Source of the DNA: Ascidiella aspersa
Lineage: Eukaryota
Direction of reading: 5' to 3'
Length of the DNA stretch: 64,000 bases
Assembly (NCBI GenBank): GCA_963924565.1
Contig: OZ004609.1
Location: forward strand, 8,370,001-8,434,000
A program made the translations under genes and the position numbers. Positions 11,632 through 24,292 of this stretch are shown in pieces. Position 1 is the stretch's first letter. Each line of letters opens with the position of its first letter. Under the pieces are notes generated by a model. The model was not told the DNA's origin and made no database searches. It saw only the letters and a program-made list of their open reading frames with translations.

Positions 11632-13737
11632 ATGTCAGAAGAAAGGTAAAAATGAATTACGTGGTTTACATTAAAATTTAAATGCCGTTACACAACAAAA
11701 AAAATCAATCCTCTTTTCGTGGTAAATACATTTCTGATTGATCTCGTTGTTCTTGGTACATACATGTAGAAATTGTTTAGGTATTGACTGCAATCATTGG
11801 CTTTTATGTAAGTATTACCTTTATTTTTAGGAAGACCGATATCAGTATACTGGTCGCACCGGTGAAAGACGACGTCGCCACAATAAGATGCATATTTTCG
11901 CCTCGAAAGTGCAAAAATAGTAACAGCGAGGTCTACTGCCGAACTTTAGGATATAGGTTTGTAATAGCTTATCAGTAGCGCGATTATTTTTTGACTTGTC
12001 AAAAAAAGTTTAGAATTTTGTCAAAAATTGCTCGTTAGATCAAAATTTTTCAAAATCCGGGTAAAATCGATTAAAAATACATATAATGGCATACAAAATT
12101 AAAAAAATAAACTATATTCAGCTTTTTGAAATTGTCTTTTATTCAAAAAATAGTTTTGAATTAAATTCAATGACATATTAAGCGTATTAAATCTTTATTA
12201 AAATAATATACGATATACGCGAGACTGCAGTATTAAACACACCTGCCTGGTTTATAGCAATAAGTTCAGCTCGAACTTCGATTTTGCTTTATACAGTTGT
12301 GTAACTCTAATTTTGACCAATGTATGGAAAAATATTTGCTGTATTTTTTTGCTTGTGATATGCAAGTAACCCATTTTCTATTTCAAAAGTATACTATAGG
12401 TCTTTGTTAATATTTATTTTTACGTTGTAATTCAACTATTTACAAAGCGTTTTTTTAAACAGCCAGCGTCCTGTTTTTTTTAGTTGTTTGTCTTTTTAAG
12501 ATGACAAAAATATTAACCAACATTCTTATCAGGTTTTATTTAACCCGAAGTATAAATGATTTGTGTTCGACCAGTAGCCAGCAAAGCATCAAAACAATGT
12601 GGATAATACGCCAAGACACTAATACAGTACTTCAAACAGCAGTATGTTGTTTAAATCAATGTATACCTAATATATGTCAAAATCTAAAAAAAAAAAAAAA
12701 TTTCCGGTCAAATTTTGTCGAAAATTCCAATTTTTTAAGGTCAAAATTTCTCATTTTTTAGGTCAAAAAATAATCGCCCTACTTATCTTTACTTTCTAGT
12801 CTTTTTTCCATAGAAACGTTGGTTAGCGTACCTCTTTGTGCAGAGAAAACGACACCATTAAAATAAGGCTTGAAAGTAAGGAAGGCATTATAGATGAACC
12901 CAGCGAACAAACACTGCTGGGAAGAGAATTAGCGGGAAACCAAGAGGTCCAGTTCCGCATATCTCTTTCCGACGCATCTTCAGCACATCAGATGCGAATC
13001 TCTATTAATATGGTCAAAAACCCGTGTCATTCTCGGAGCGCTATTTTTTATCTGCCTCCTGCACAAGGTGAATTGTTATTTTCCGACTATATCTAGCAAA
13101 TGTTTAAGTAAATCAACGGTCATTGAATACAAATGTGGACCACGAAAACATTTGCAACTACACAGCAGCGCAGTGGTTCTCAAACTATTTTGGGTCGCGG
13201 AACACTAAAAAATCGTAGATATTTCGCGGCACACTTTTAACAGCACAACAATATAGAGTAATTTCACAATCGCCCGTTAACACACGACAAATTACATTTA
13301 AATCTGTCAATATTATTGATTTGTAATAAATAGTGCGTATTTAAGTATATGAAATGCTTGTGTGTATGTCTTTTTGTAATACAAATACTTTATTTTCCAA
13401 ATTACAAAGTTTTACGGTACACTTGACAATCTCACTAGGCACACTAGTATTTTGGGGAATCACTGCAGTGGCGTAACTACATAAGTCCAGAAAATTTAAG
13501 AAATCGCATGTTATTTTTGAAACGACGCATATCGGCATACTCACACTTGAGATATTAGCTGCTTTACGCAAATAATTTAGTTTTAGTAAAACAAAATTGT
13601 TGTGTTTTATTTTGTGTTTTTTTATTATATATGGAGAAGCAGACGTCGCTAACAAATTCGTCATCAATGCACAGACTTGTTCGTTTTATGTGGATTCTGA
13701 TGGACCTGGTCCTCAACCAGTTGGCACTCCGGATTAA
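11632..13737 (+). CDS. Small uncharacterised spliced gene (~150 aa)
   Basis: Phase-consistent GT-AG exons: 11632-11645 (MSEER; the frame is also open back to the acceptor at 11581), 11831-11956, 12844-13067, 13637 or 13643-13737 (TAA). Product MSEERKTDISILVAPVKDDVATIRCIFSP...RSAIFYLPPAQ...KFVINAQTCSFYVDSDGPGPQPVGTPD*. No family recognised. Confidence 0.55.
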
Positions 13738-13764
13738 ATAGCCAAAACGCAAAAAGAAAAAAAA

Positions 13765-13830
13765 TGGGAACATACATATGTACCCAACATACATATGTAC
13801 CCCCACCAGGGACATACATATGTACCCAAC
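13765..13830. repeat. Short tandem repeat ACATACATATGTACCC x3, probably MITE-internal
   Basis: Three near-identical units directly visible just after the stop of the small gene. Confidence 0.7.
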
Positions 13831-14392
13831 TGCCCCTCCTTAGATACGCCTCTGCTATAACTCTAACCGGACAAACCGTCCGGTGCCCAAATAGCAAACG
13901 TCTACACTTAATCGTTACCTACCCAACCATACGGTTTCGAAGTTAGATATTAATTAGGAGATTTTGAATACATTCCCACACGTATAAGTCTTAGGCCTAT
14001 TCCGTTGTAAACATTTTTGTGCATATCGTTTTATTTCGTCACTATAATCTGTACAAAACATCCGCATAAGTGTGTATTTTTGCTTTATAGATGTGTTTGA
14101 GCGAGTTTATCGTTATTTGTTTATAATTTACGCCGTGTTTGTTTATTGTGGTTTACCAAATGTTTTTCGAGATATGCTTGATTTCTAATTGTGCAAAGAT
14201 TTTTTTACTTTCACAATGTTGCAAACTTGGTTGTTCGCTGCGAAGCCACCTACTGTCCTCTGTTAAACACTTCTGGAGTTGTAAATATATGAAATTTGCC
14301 TTTTCAAGTTATAGTTTTGGCAGTTTCAATAACTTTTACTTCATAAATAGAATGCAACAATCAAGTGAGCAAGGTTGAAAAGCTTATGACGC

Positions 14393-14649
14393 AAAGGGTC
14401 GCCGTTTAACCTTGTTTAGCAATAACGCTTGCGCGTCGTCTAGCGGTGCGCATTTTTTCTCCCTTTTTGCCCCCTTTTTCCTTTTGCCCCTTTTTTGCCC
14501 CCTTTTCGCCCCTTGGACGAGAAGATCGTTCCCCAGCAGCGTTCTTCTCGTCCGATGGGTAAAAGTGTAGCGAAAGAAAGGAAAAACAAAGAAAGAGGGA
14601 AAATGTCGTCTTGTGTTCTTCGCTAAACTGAGTCGAACGGTGGCCCTTT
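14393..14649. mobile_element. Palindromic (foldback) MITE
   Basis: Imperfect ~28-bp TIRs AAAGGGTCGCCGTTTAACCTTGTTTAGC / GCTAAACTGAGTCGAACGGTGGCCCTTT. Pyrimidine-rich left arm, purine-rich right arm, and a central 11-bp stem GGACGAGAAGA (14515) / TCTTCTCGTCC (ending 14553). Confidence 0.6.
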
Positions 14650-17600
14650 AGCACCCAAGCTATTCAACATTGACCTATTTGCTGTTATGCTTTGCATATA
14701 TGGCAACCAAATGTTATTTTAATTTTAAAAAACATTTGCTTGTGCTTTAAAGTTGATCGTTTGTTTGTATATATTTCCCGATATCGGATTTGCAGTATGT
14801 CTCAGTACTGTATTTTGTCTTCATACTTCGTCTTGAGAATAACTGTAGTTCAAAATACAGATGTCAGCTGGGCAATGCTTTTGCCCTTATGATGACGTCT
14901 ATGTCATTTGCAATGTACTGGCGTTGTGGCAGATTTGTTTATACGCTTTACGAGTCGAAGCGATGCTAATCGCACCTCAGTGCACATCTTATTTGGCATT
15001 TCGTATTGACTTCATAAGTCATCGGGATTGGACTTAGAGTCAGTTCTTTTTGGGACTCACAAGAGTTACTTACGGGCTCAAATTTGTGTGTCTTAACTTG
15101 GCCTACATAGACCTTCTTAGTTATCGACTTGTACTGTAAACTGCGTTGATATTTGCAAGTGACATCTTCTGTATGTTAACTTTCGTCGCCGATCTATAGT
15201 TTGAAACTGGTTATTCGTTCATCGACTAATACAATTCTTATCACCAGAACGTCTTGTGGTTGGCACGCGAGTAAGATATGCCACCTGAAATTGGAGTCAA
15301 AACAAAAACGTCAATTAGACTGCTCTTTAACTGAATAAACAATTATAAGTTTAACAACTTAACTTAAGCCCCACAGATTCATCTACAAAGTCAAGATTTT
15401 GCATTAGAAGAAATACGGGACCAGATGCACAGAATACGGACAAATTCTAGGGCGTTTGTTGTTATCGCGGCGACAAACAGCGATTCCTTATGATTTGCAT
15501 ATAGTTATACGATTTTCAGACTTGCTTGTTTCTATTGTTTTCCTTGATTAAAATTCGTTTCCTGTCAAAATGTTCTAATCGCATTCGATTCGATTGATTT
15601 CACACGCCTGCAGTGCTCAAGTTAAGATAATTCGGGACTTTGTGGCGTCCGTCTTAGAACATGTATTAACGATTGTACGCTTCAAGCGATGTAAACAGCG
15701 AATGCGCAGACTTATCATGCATAACCAAACGTTGCCAGGCGATGCAGACTACAACTTTTAGATCTTACAGTTTTGGATATTATAAATGCGGATGCAATGT
15801 GTATAATTTTACCTAGTTAATTGCAGGTTAAAGACTCTTAAAGCATTGGTAATTCAACATAAGTAAAATTACGTAGGGAATGGCCTTGTTTCTCGGTTAA
15901 GTAAATGTATTTAAATATACAGGTTTGCTATACTATGTTGAATATTGCTGTTACTGGCTATAATCCTTCATACCAGAGTTCTATTAGTTAAGTCCCGTTT
16001 TTTTGTCATCCAGAGTTGCCACACTGGCCTTTTTAAACCAGGATGACGTCGGAATTTATTGACTTTTTAATTTTTCCCGCTGTTTTACAGGCTTGTTGGA
16101 GTAAACAAATTCCATGCATTTTTTAGGCTTTAACGTGTGAAACATTTTATTATAAACTTTATTTTTAATATTGCACTAAAATGTTTCAATTGCACAGCGA
16201 GTTGAACTTTTAAATATCAGTTTTAAATATCAGCTTGACAAAAATAGCATAAAATTCTTGCCCAAATAATCCCTAATAAACTGCTGAGCCTTCAAAAAGG
16301 ACAAAAAATGCATTCTAGACCAAGTCTAGGTTGTTCGAAGCGTGTTTTGTGACCTATTCACGACCCTCAGTTTACCTTAATTGTAACTTATTCATACAAA
16401 TCAACTGCATTTTTTATTTTATAGGTTATGCATATAAAATGCATTTCATTTATTTTTTGTACGGTTTGGTTGCTCATCAACATTTCAATATGGAAACCCT
16501 GCTTTTTCCCAGTTAAAACGCAGTCCCGCGAGTTTGTCCGCGGTGACAACATGTAGTAACGCAAGATATTAAAACTATAAACACGATCGTATCCTATCGT
16601 TACTATAGTGCTTAAACGGTACACCTTGGCACCATTTAAGCCACGGTTGATAGGAATAAGACTGCAATACGCAATAAGACCTCAAAAGCAAAAATACATC
16701 AAGCAGAAAAATCTATAATACTATAGCACCATTAAGATCAACGACAAAATAAAACCAAATATGCGGCGTGATTCTTGCCAATTAGGTCTTATTTCGATAA
16801 AATTAGGACTCCGATTTATACGTTATTACAACTATTATAGGTACCAGCCCCATTATTGTCTCATACCAAACTGTGTTTTATTCCGACGTCAATGTCTTAC
16901 TGCTGGGGTCCAATCTTATACTATGGAGTCATAGGGGCAAATATATTTCTAATCAATCGACATCACGTCAAACCACTACACATATCCGTGCTCAAATCAC
17001 GTATTTGATTTACTGCGTTGTGCGGTGGTTATATTGCTTGATTTTAAATTTTCAAACTTAAAACAAGGGGCGACCCAACTAGGACATTATTTAAATGTAC
17101 TAATTAATAAAATTTATTTGAATAGACCTTCCGGCCTCTGTCTAAGGACGAAACGCAGAACGTGTAAAAATCAACCAAAAAAAACTACTGTTATTTGCAA
17201 GTAGCCTAACTTTTTGTAGTCTACCAACGCTGGAACACTTAACTGTTGTTTTTAATTTTATTAAACTCACAGTAAGCATCTTAGATAATAACAATAAATC
17301 CTGAAACCGTAATCAGAGCGCTTTAGCGCAAGAAACTAATTTTTGCAAACCAAAATTGACACAATGTGGTGAGCAATAAATGTAACATACGTATTGCCCA
17401 TAAAATCTTTTAGTGAACTATTTCATTCCGGATATTTTAGACGGCCTGTTAGGAACTATAGAACTAAATCATGAGCGTCATTTTGGATATGATTTTCCAA
17501 AATCTGTTTTTATACACGACCCACTATTTGCAGTATACATTTTAAGGCTGATCTTGGGTTAAACCTTAGCTTAATAGTACTATCCGGCGTTTCTTGAAAA

Positions 17601-17739
17601 GTCTTTAAAGTGAATATGCGATCTACTACAAAAGTAGATCACCAATATAAGTGCTTTTGCCCTGTCATTTGTTTCAAGTTCACGACGCAATTATTTTCTT
17701 TGAGGTGCGTCAAATATAAAATTGGATCTCCCTGAACAT

Positions 17740-19060
17740 AAAATTGGATCTCCCTGATGTTATTTTTGACTAATAAAATGATATTATGCTGCAATTAGCA
17801 CTTCTTAGAAATTTTAAATTTTGTCGGCGTTTTTCCTAAAACATTACGGTAATGGGATAGGAGGCGATGTGTTTGGGGCCTATATTTTATGATCTCCTTG
17901 TCATTTATCTTAGTTATTACGGTGCTTTCAACTATTTTGTATAAATAATACTCATGAGTCATGACTAATAGTAATGAGTTGAGGCGAAATATTGAAAGAT
18001 AAAAATTGAAACACTCCGAATTATAGCCTACAGCAACTATGTCACCAGCAGAAAGTGTTGTTATGACTTAAGTCAATGACTTACTCTAAGTGCACTTAAG
18101 TCATTGTTTTCAAATTATTGGAAACTTAAGTCATTTGATAAAATGACTTGACTCAACTTAAGTCTTTTGAGCAAATGACTTGACTTAAGTCTTTCGGACA
18201 AGTTGGTAAAACTTTTCTTTAGAAAAGCACAGTCCAATTAAAGGCGGACCAGCCAAATGTGACCCGCGGAATCTTTTTATGGGCCTGCAATATATTGAGG
18301 TGTGAATAATCTTGCAACCCAAATTTGAGTCGCGCGACCCACTATTTGCGGAACTCTGTTCTAGTGTTAAACGTTAGCTTGATTGTAAAAAGAAGTAAAA
18401 AATCCGGAGTTCCTTGAATAGTCTCACCCGTTCTCTTGGTATAAATTCGGGGTTATTTTTGCAACATTTCTTCGTATTTCATTTTTGCGTCAAAAGCTCC
18501 GGAACTCATTCCTTAACAAAAACAGCAAGAAAGTAAACCTTGGGGAACTGGCGGCATCGGGATTCCCAGGTCGGGTAGATTTCGCGCACCTGAAGCAATA
18601 CACATGTTAGGAACCAAAGCAGCGTTTTTCAGCCGTGACATTCGCCCCTTGTGAAGCCACAAAAAATCTTCGGGGTTGTTATTGTTGATAAAATGCTGTT
18701 CTTACAGTTTCTGATGCGTCTGCTAAGCCGGCCAATGTGCATAAAGCGCGGGATTGTAAATGACTTTTACTGGATGTCAACGGCGATTGTGAATTCGACT
18801 TTCTTATTGCAGTTAGAATGTTACGACATTATGTCAATTTCTATATTTTATGATCTCCTTGTCATTTTTATAGGTTATTATGTTGCTTTCAACTATTTTG
18901 TATCTATGTTATTTTTGACTAATAATAATGCGTTAAGGCGGAAATTGAAAAATAAATATTAATACAGTTTAAACGAGTTAAACTTATAACCTAACTAGGA
19001 AATATTTTACCAGCAGACATTTTTGTATCAATGAAAATGACTTAAGTCAATGACTTGACA
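17740..19060. repeat. Local duplication plus GACTTAAGTC motif array
   Basis: TATATTTTATGATCTCCTTGTCATT...CAACTATTTTGTAT occurs at ~17881 and ~18842. Both copies lead into GACTTAAGTCA repeats (18065-18190, ~19040). Related motifs recur near 48240-48340, 59900 and 63100. Confidence 0.6.
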
Positions 19061-19408
19061 TTTTTATAAGTTGTGGTTTTATCGTTTCCCTGGAAAAAGT
19101 ATTCTACTTTACCCTGTAATATTTTTATTTTACCCCTGAAAGTCGCAGGTTGAATGCTGGGCATAAGTGCAGAATATCAAAGGTAACGCTTGAATAATTT
19201 CTTATATCGGTCGCTTTAGCCGCTTGCTGTAATATTTTGCTTTATTTACGTCTACTTTGCAAGAAGGTAAAAAAACAAAAGATGATACAGCATTTAGTAA
19301 TTCGATAACACGTTTTTTTAGGTTGTTTGAAGCGATAATGTACCCTTTTCAGCTAAATGGATACGTATTTCAAATTATTCTCTTAGTGATATAGGTTTTG
19401 AGAATGTA

Positions 19409-22400
19409 ATGGATAAATGTGTGCGCGGTGAAGGGAAAACAATAATTTTTTTGGTCGCAATATTTGTGCTGTTTTCGTCTGCTTTATCAAGCAATATCAC
19501 CGAAAGCAACTCCACGACCGCTTCTGTTGTAGTCAATCCATACTCGCCGCTGATTCAGTGTAATTTGCTGTAAGTTGTAACTTTAAACATAATTTAGTTG
19601 CTTTTTTTATATTTTGCAACATACTAACTAGGGTTCCTCTTTTTTCCGGATTTTTTTACTCTAGGGGAAACGGGGTTGAAAAATGTAAATACCCCGGGAA
19701 TCTTGACGAAAAAATTATACTCAATTGCGTCATTATAATGTTTAAAGTTATTTTAAATTAGGTCAAAACGTTTGATTAAGCTTATTTATGATCTGTGGTA
19801 TTGCTTCTGCAATCTTACAAGACCTTCTCGTATTAAAAGCTTCACCCTTATTTGTTTTTATTTAAATTTTTATTTGTAGAATAAATTTAATTAAGTTTTT
19901 CCACTGGTAAGCACAAATAAAGCAAGTCAGGCAACAACTTTAATAGGTTAGTTAAATTTTTTTTTACTTTATGTCAGTCAAAAACGACTAGTTTTTTTTC
20001 AAGTTTGGTATGTTGCCGAATAACTGTAATTATAGAAACATTTTGGAAAATTTTCCAATGAAACATTACCAGAGAGGAACCATAATACTAACAGACCACA
20101 AACAACTTAATGAAAATAATATTCTACCAAAACTTATATTATAATTGAGTTCTATTGTAAGGATTACGGTTTGGGTTTAGGTAGGTCAAATAGTACTATA
20201 ATCAAAATAATAATACTTGACCACCGAAACCTAAACTCTATTAATCTGCACCCTAACACAAATACTGGGCGTTGTTTAATTTGAACCATACACTCTGGTA
20301 GGATCCTAGAGGTACGCCCAATATACATTTTATAGATAATTTGTAATAATGTTTCCCATAAAAGCCAAAAATTTATTATTGTGTTATTATTTGTTTAGCC
20401 CTTCCGAGTTTGTAGTCTGCGATCAGCCACAATTTGCAGTGAACGAAACCGAAGTGGACGATCAATTCTTGTGCACACCAGTGGTATGACTGCGATTCAT
20501 AAGTCTAGAAAAATATGACAGGTCTTGAAAACATCTCCTGGGTGCTATAAAAAAGTTAACCGAGTTACAAAGTGCCTGATAGTTTGGGGTAAAATACTGA
20601 CTGTATGTTATAACCCATGGATCTCCTGACTGCATTGAACCATAATTTGTGGCCACCAAAGATTTACGCCAAAATTTTTTCGGCTAAAATCTTTTGCCAA
20701 AATTGGACGATATAAATGCCAAAATTTTTTGGGGGTAAATTTACCAGGCTGGAATTATTCCATGCCAAATGACATCACTTGCATGATTTTGGGCAAGCAT
20801 TCCACGCCAAAGATTTCTGGCGGGAAGGCAGTGGAATGCAATCAGTGTGGATCTGAAATGTTTCGGGAGAAAGGCGAACTGCTAAAGAAAATTAAGAGTG
20901 GCCCAATCAACCTAAGTTTAAAAGTGTAATGCTAATACAAGGGTACACAACATGCAGCTGTATGGGCCCTGAGTTACTGGCTGCTGTATGATAAATATAG
21001 ACTGTTTATGTGTTTGTCAAGTTCAACGGTTGCGCACCATTGCGCTAGTGTAATGTGTTTAAAAATCAGGGTAGAAATTGCATTTTTGGGGTGCTGGTTT
21101 GGTCTGTGCAGTTCTCACTTAGTACAGTTGTCTGATCTTAAATTATGTCTTACTACATCAGTGGTTCTCAAAGTATGGGTCGCAGGGTCAAAAAATGGGT
21201 CGCTCTATGGTGATTCAATCCTGCGCAAACAAACTTTTTTATTTCATTTTCCAAATATTTTCAATTCAATCATAACTGAATTATGGCATCATAGGCTTTT
21301 CACGTGGCTTCAAATCTGTAACCTGGATTATTGCATCATAAGTGGTTTTATGAACGTTTTGATGGCAGCCAACTACAGTAGCTGCTAAGACTGGCTTTAA
21401 GTCACCAAACAAGCCACAATGATGTTATAAAGGAAAAAAATCATTTTCACCAACCACACTAAAATAAATCAATAATTTGTTTGTAATCAATTATTGTTTC
21501 ATAGCACTGTGTACTACATCTAGTTGTCTGTGTCTCTTTCTATTTCATGCAAATCAGAAAAAGTAGGCCTATATTTTTTGATGTTTGAGGCTTGGGTCGT
21601 GAGATGCTCATATAACTCAGATTCGGGTCACGCTCAAAAAAGTTTGAGAACCACTGTACTGCATGATCAAACAAAATAAAAATTATCTTATTGAAACATA
21701 CACACATATTGCTTTTCAGGTTGTTAACCCAAAATATGTTAGCAACCTTTATTATTAAACTATTTTGCGGAAAATAATAAATATATATATCGTTCAATAA
21801 GTGAACACTCAGTTAGATTACAAACTATAGCATTAAAGTTAAAAGTTAAATGGCATCATAGCGTAGCGTTACCCACCCAAGTATTGTCTCATACTGTTAC
21901 CCCCACCACCCCTACCCCTAGTATTGTCTCTGTGACACATTTTACATACCAACTATTTTTTCATGATCAGACACGGTCAATGATGCTACTTTAATTTAAT
22001 GTTCATTATTTTTCCAGTCAATTTATTAGTTTCTAACAACTTTGTAAATTTATTTGTATATCCTACTTTAACTTGCAGAAATCCAAGAAATATAAACACA
22101 GTGAGGTGGAAAGCACTTCAGTCTATTGTCACGTTGTCGATAAAACAATTGAGTGTGCAGGAAATCGCACATTCGTGAAACAAGGAATTCCCTGCTTAAA
22201 GTTAGTTGACAAAGTTTTTTTTTAAATGTGCATTTGTATTTTTTTGATAAACATTAGTTATCACAGCTAGACACTTAAATAATACCGATATATATGTGTA
22301 TAATTAACTGTCTAAAATTCCAATTTTTTCACAATTTACTAAAGGTTGGTAATTAAATTACCTACTATAAAAATATATTTATATATTTGCATAGTGGATG

Positions 22401-22828
22401 AAAATATCACAACAACCCTAAAACTAGATATCTGACATTTAATTAAATTAAAAATTATGTAAAAATAACAATTATTGTTGGTATATAACAGCCATGTTAT
22501 ATTGCAATTTGTAAAATAGTAAAATTTAAACACTTTTAGCCTACCTTGTGACATAAACTTTAATAAACCAACTTTCTTAAAAGCTAAGCCTGTTTTTTCA
22601 CCATTGTGTTACAGGTACGCTGGATACAGCTTTATCTCCGTTCTTCTTCAATCTGTTTTTATCGGCTGCTTGGGTGCAGACCGCTTCACTCTCGGCTACA
22701 CAGGCCGTGGTATCGGAAAGCTCATATCACTAGGTGGTGTGGGTGTTTGGTGGTTCATAGACATCATACTCCTGCTGACCGGAGAGCTTGTACCAGCAGA
22801 TAACAGCGATTGGAACATTTATTACTGA
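19409..22828 (+). CDS. TM2D2: TM2 domain-containing protein 2
   Basis: Exons 19409-19569, 20399-20483, 22079-22200, 22615-22828. Signal peptide, then NPYSPLIQCNLLPSEFVVCD, TSVYCHVVDKTIECAGNRTF...PCLKY, and TM2 domain FIGCLGADRFTLGYTGRGIGKLISLGGVGVWWFIDIILLLTG. Confidence 0.93.
21159..21656. mobile_element. hAT (Charlie/Buster-type) MITE in TM2D2 intron 2
   Basis: TIRs CAGTGGTTCTCAAA / TTTGAGAACCACTG; 8-bp TSD TACTACAT / TACTGCAT. Confidence 0.8.
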
Positions 22829-22849
22829 ACTGTTAGCAGCTCAGGAAAT

Positions 22850-23842
22850 ATGTCGCTGCTAGAAGATAAGAAACTGGTCGATGTGTTTAACGACGTTTGG
22901 GAAATGCACCACCAAATAATCAACAACACAGAGGGTTCTGCTTCAGATAAGATTCAGCAAATCGTAAACGATGCACTTGGCCTGCTGCGGCTTCTGTCTG
23001 ACAGCGTTGAGCAGCTTGGTCTGTTCAGCAGAAACGAAGACCTGGAAGAAATGGTGACCTCCGACCTTCGCTATTTTCTACTTCCGGCCATAACTGCCGA
23101 TGTAACGTCTCACAAAAAGTGTGACATCCAGCAACGCCTTGCACTTCTCACCGACTGCCGCAAACACTTTACCAAGTTTTTGAAATCGTGCCAGAGCTAC
23201 GGATTTGAGCCTCTCGATGCGATAGAGCGTGCCCTCGGTCCACCAACAACAAACCCTGAAAGCAAGGTTATAGTCGGAGGGTCGTCGAAACCTGACGTCC
23301 AAGCGATGTCGACTGCCCGCGACGCAAAAATTAAGAACTACCAGTTGGAAAGGTCAAGGATTAAGAAGCTAAAAGATCTAGAAGCCAGACTGGAGGACGA
23401 AGGAGCCTGCCGGGAATACTGGATGCTGCAGATCCAACAGTGGATCACAACCGCCCTTAAAGAGATGTCAAGCATGCAAGGTGAGCTCAGCATGCTCGAA
23501 CAAATGCGCAACGTGCCGCGAGCCGACTTCGAGCAGGAAAGACAAGAGGCGAGAAAGGGTTCTGGCGTTAAGCCCTTCATGTTGACCAAAGACAAAATGC
23601 AAGCGGCCGTTTTCGGCGCCGGTTATCCGAGCGTGCCCACCGTCACTTTGGAAGAATTCTTTGAGCGCGAGGCCGCGGCTTGCCTCACTCAACAGGCAGC
23701 CAAGGCGCCCCAACCGAACTTAAACGGCGAGAAAGACAGCAGCGACGATGAAACGGAAGAAAAGCTGATGAAACAAAGAGCGATGGACGATTGGAAAGAC
23801 GACCATCGAAGGGGAGCCGGGAATCGCAAAAACATGGGATAA
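22850..23842 (+). CDS. IGBP1: Immunoglobulin-binding protein 1 / alpha4 (TAP42 family PP2A regulator), intronless
   Basis: 330-aa ORF with LGLFSRNEDLEEMVTSDLRYFLLPA, ARDAKI, VFGAGYPSVPTVTLEEF and C-terminal RAMDDWKDDHRRGAGNRKNMG, all characteristic of the TAP42 family. Confidence 0.96.
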   Translation: MSLLEDKKLVDVFNDVWEMHHQIINNTEGSASDKIQQIVNDALGLLRLLSDSVEQLGLFSRNEDLEEMVTSDLRYFLLPAITADVTSHKKCDIQQRLALLTDCRKHFTKFLKSCQSYGFEPLDAIERALGPPTTNPESKVIVGGSSKPDVQAMSTARDAKIKNYQLERSRIKKLKDLEARLEDEGACREYWMLQIQQWITTALKEMSSMQGELSMLEQMRNVPRADFEQERQEARKGSGVKPFMLTKDKMQAAVFGAGYPSVPTVTLEEFFEREAAACLTQQAAKAPQPNLNGEKDSSDDETEEKLMKQRAMDDWKDDHRRGAGNRKNMG

Positions 23843-24292
23843 AATTTGACCATTTTGAAAAAAAACACAAGTAGTCCACCAGAGTACCTATAGCGCTGTT
23901 GACACTTGGCAGCCATCATCTGTCATTTCTTTTTGATGTTAACTTTATTTAATGGTAGCTATAAATACTTTTAACAACTAAGTTTAGTTTATACACATGT
24001 TCAAGAATTTTTAGTCTGGTTGGTAATATGTGTTGACATTCCAAACATCATTTCAATTTTTATGTGGTTAAATAGTTGTATTGTCATATAAAATATACCC
24101 AAATGTAAGAGAATTATTTTGTCCTTTGGAAATATTTTGTATGCATTTCGCCTTAATTTTGTGTCTGTTTTTGCTTGTCTGGTTTCATCTGTGATTTATA
24201 GCTAAATTCAACCTGCTTCTTGTATTTTTGGTATTATAGATCTTTAGGCTTGGGTTTTTTGTGTTGTGAATTGTAATTCTTCATTCATCAAA

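Noticed and set aside
14406-14654. 82-aa Lys/Gly-rich minus-strand ORF
   Set aside because: Derived from the low-complexity arms of the palindromic MITE.
18395-18820. CpG-rich, coding-looking stretch upstream of TM2D2
   Set aside because: The minus-strand frames I translated are interrupted and the 103-aa plus-strand ORF is unrecognisable; could be a decayed element or promoter region.
23078-23919. Several antisense ORFs over IGBP1 (similar ones over NPC2)
   Set aside because: Shadow ORFs expected from GC3-rich coding sequence.
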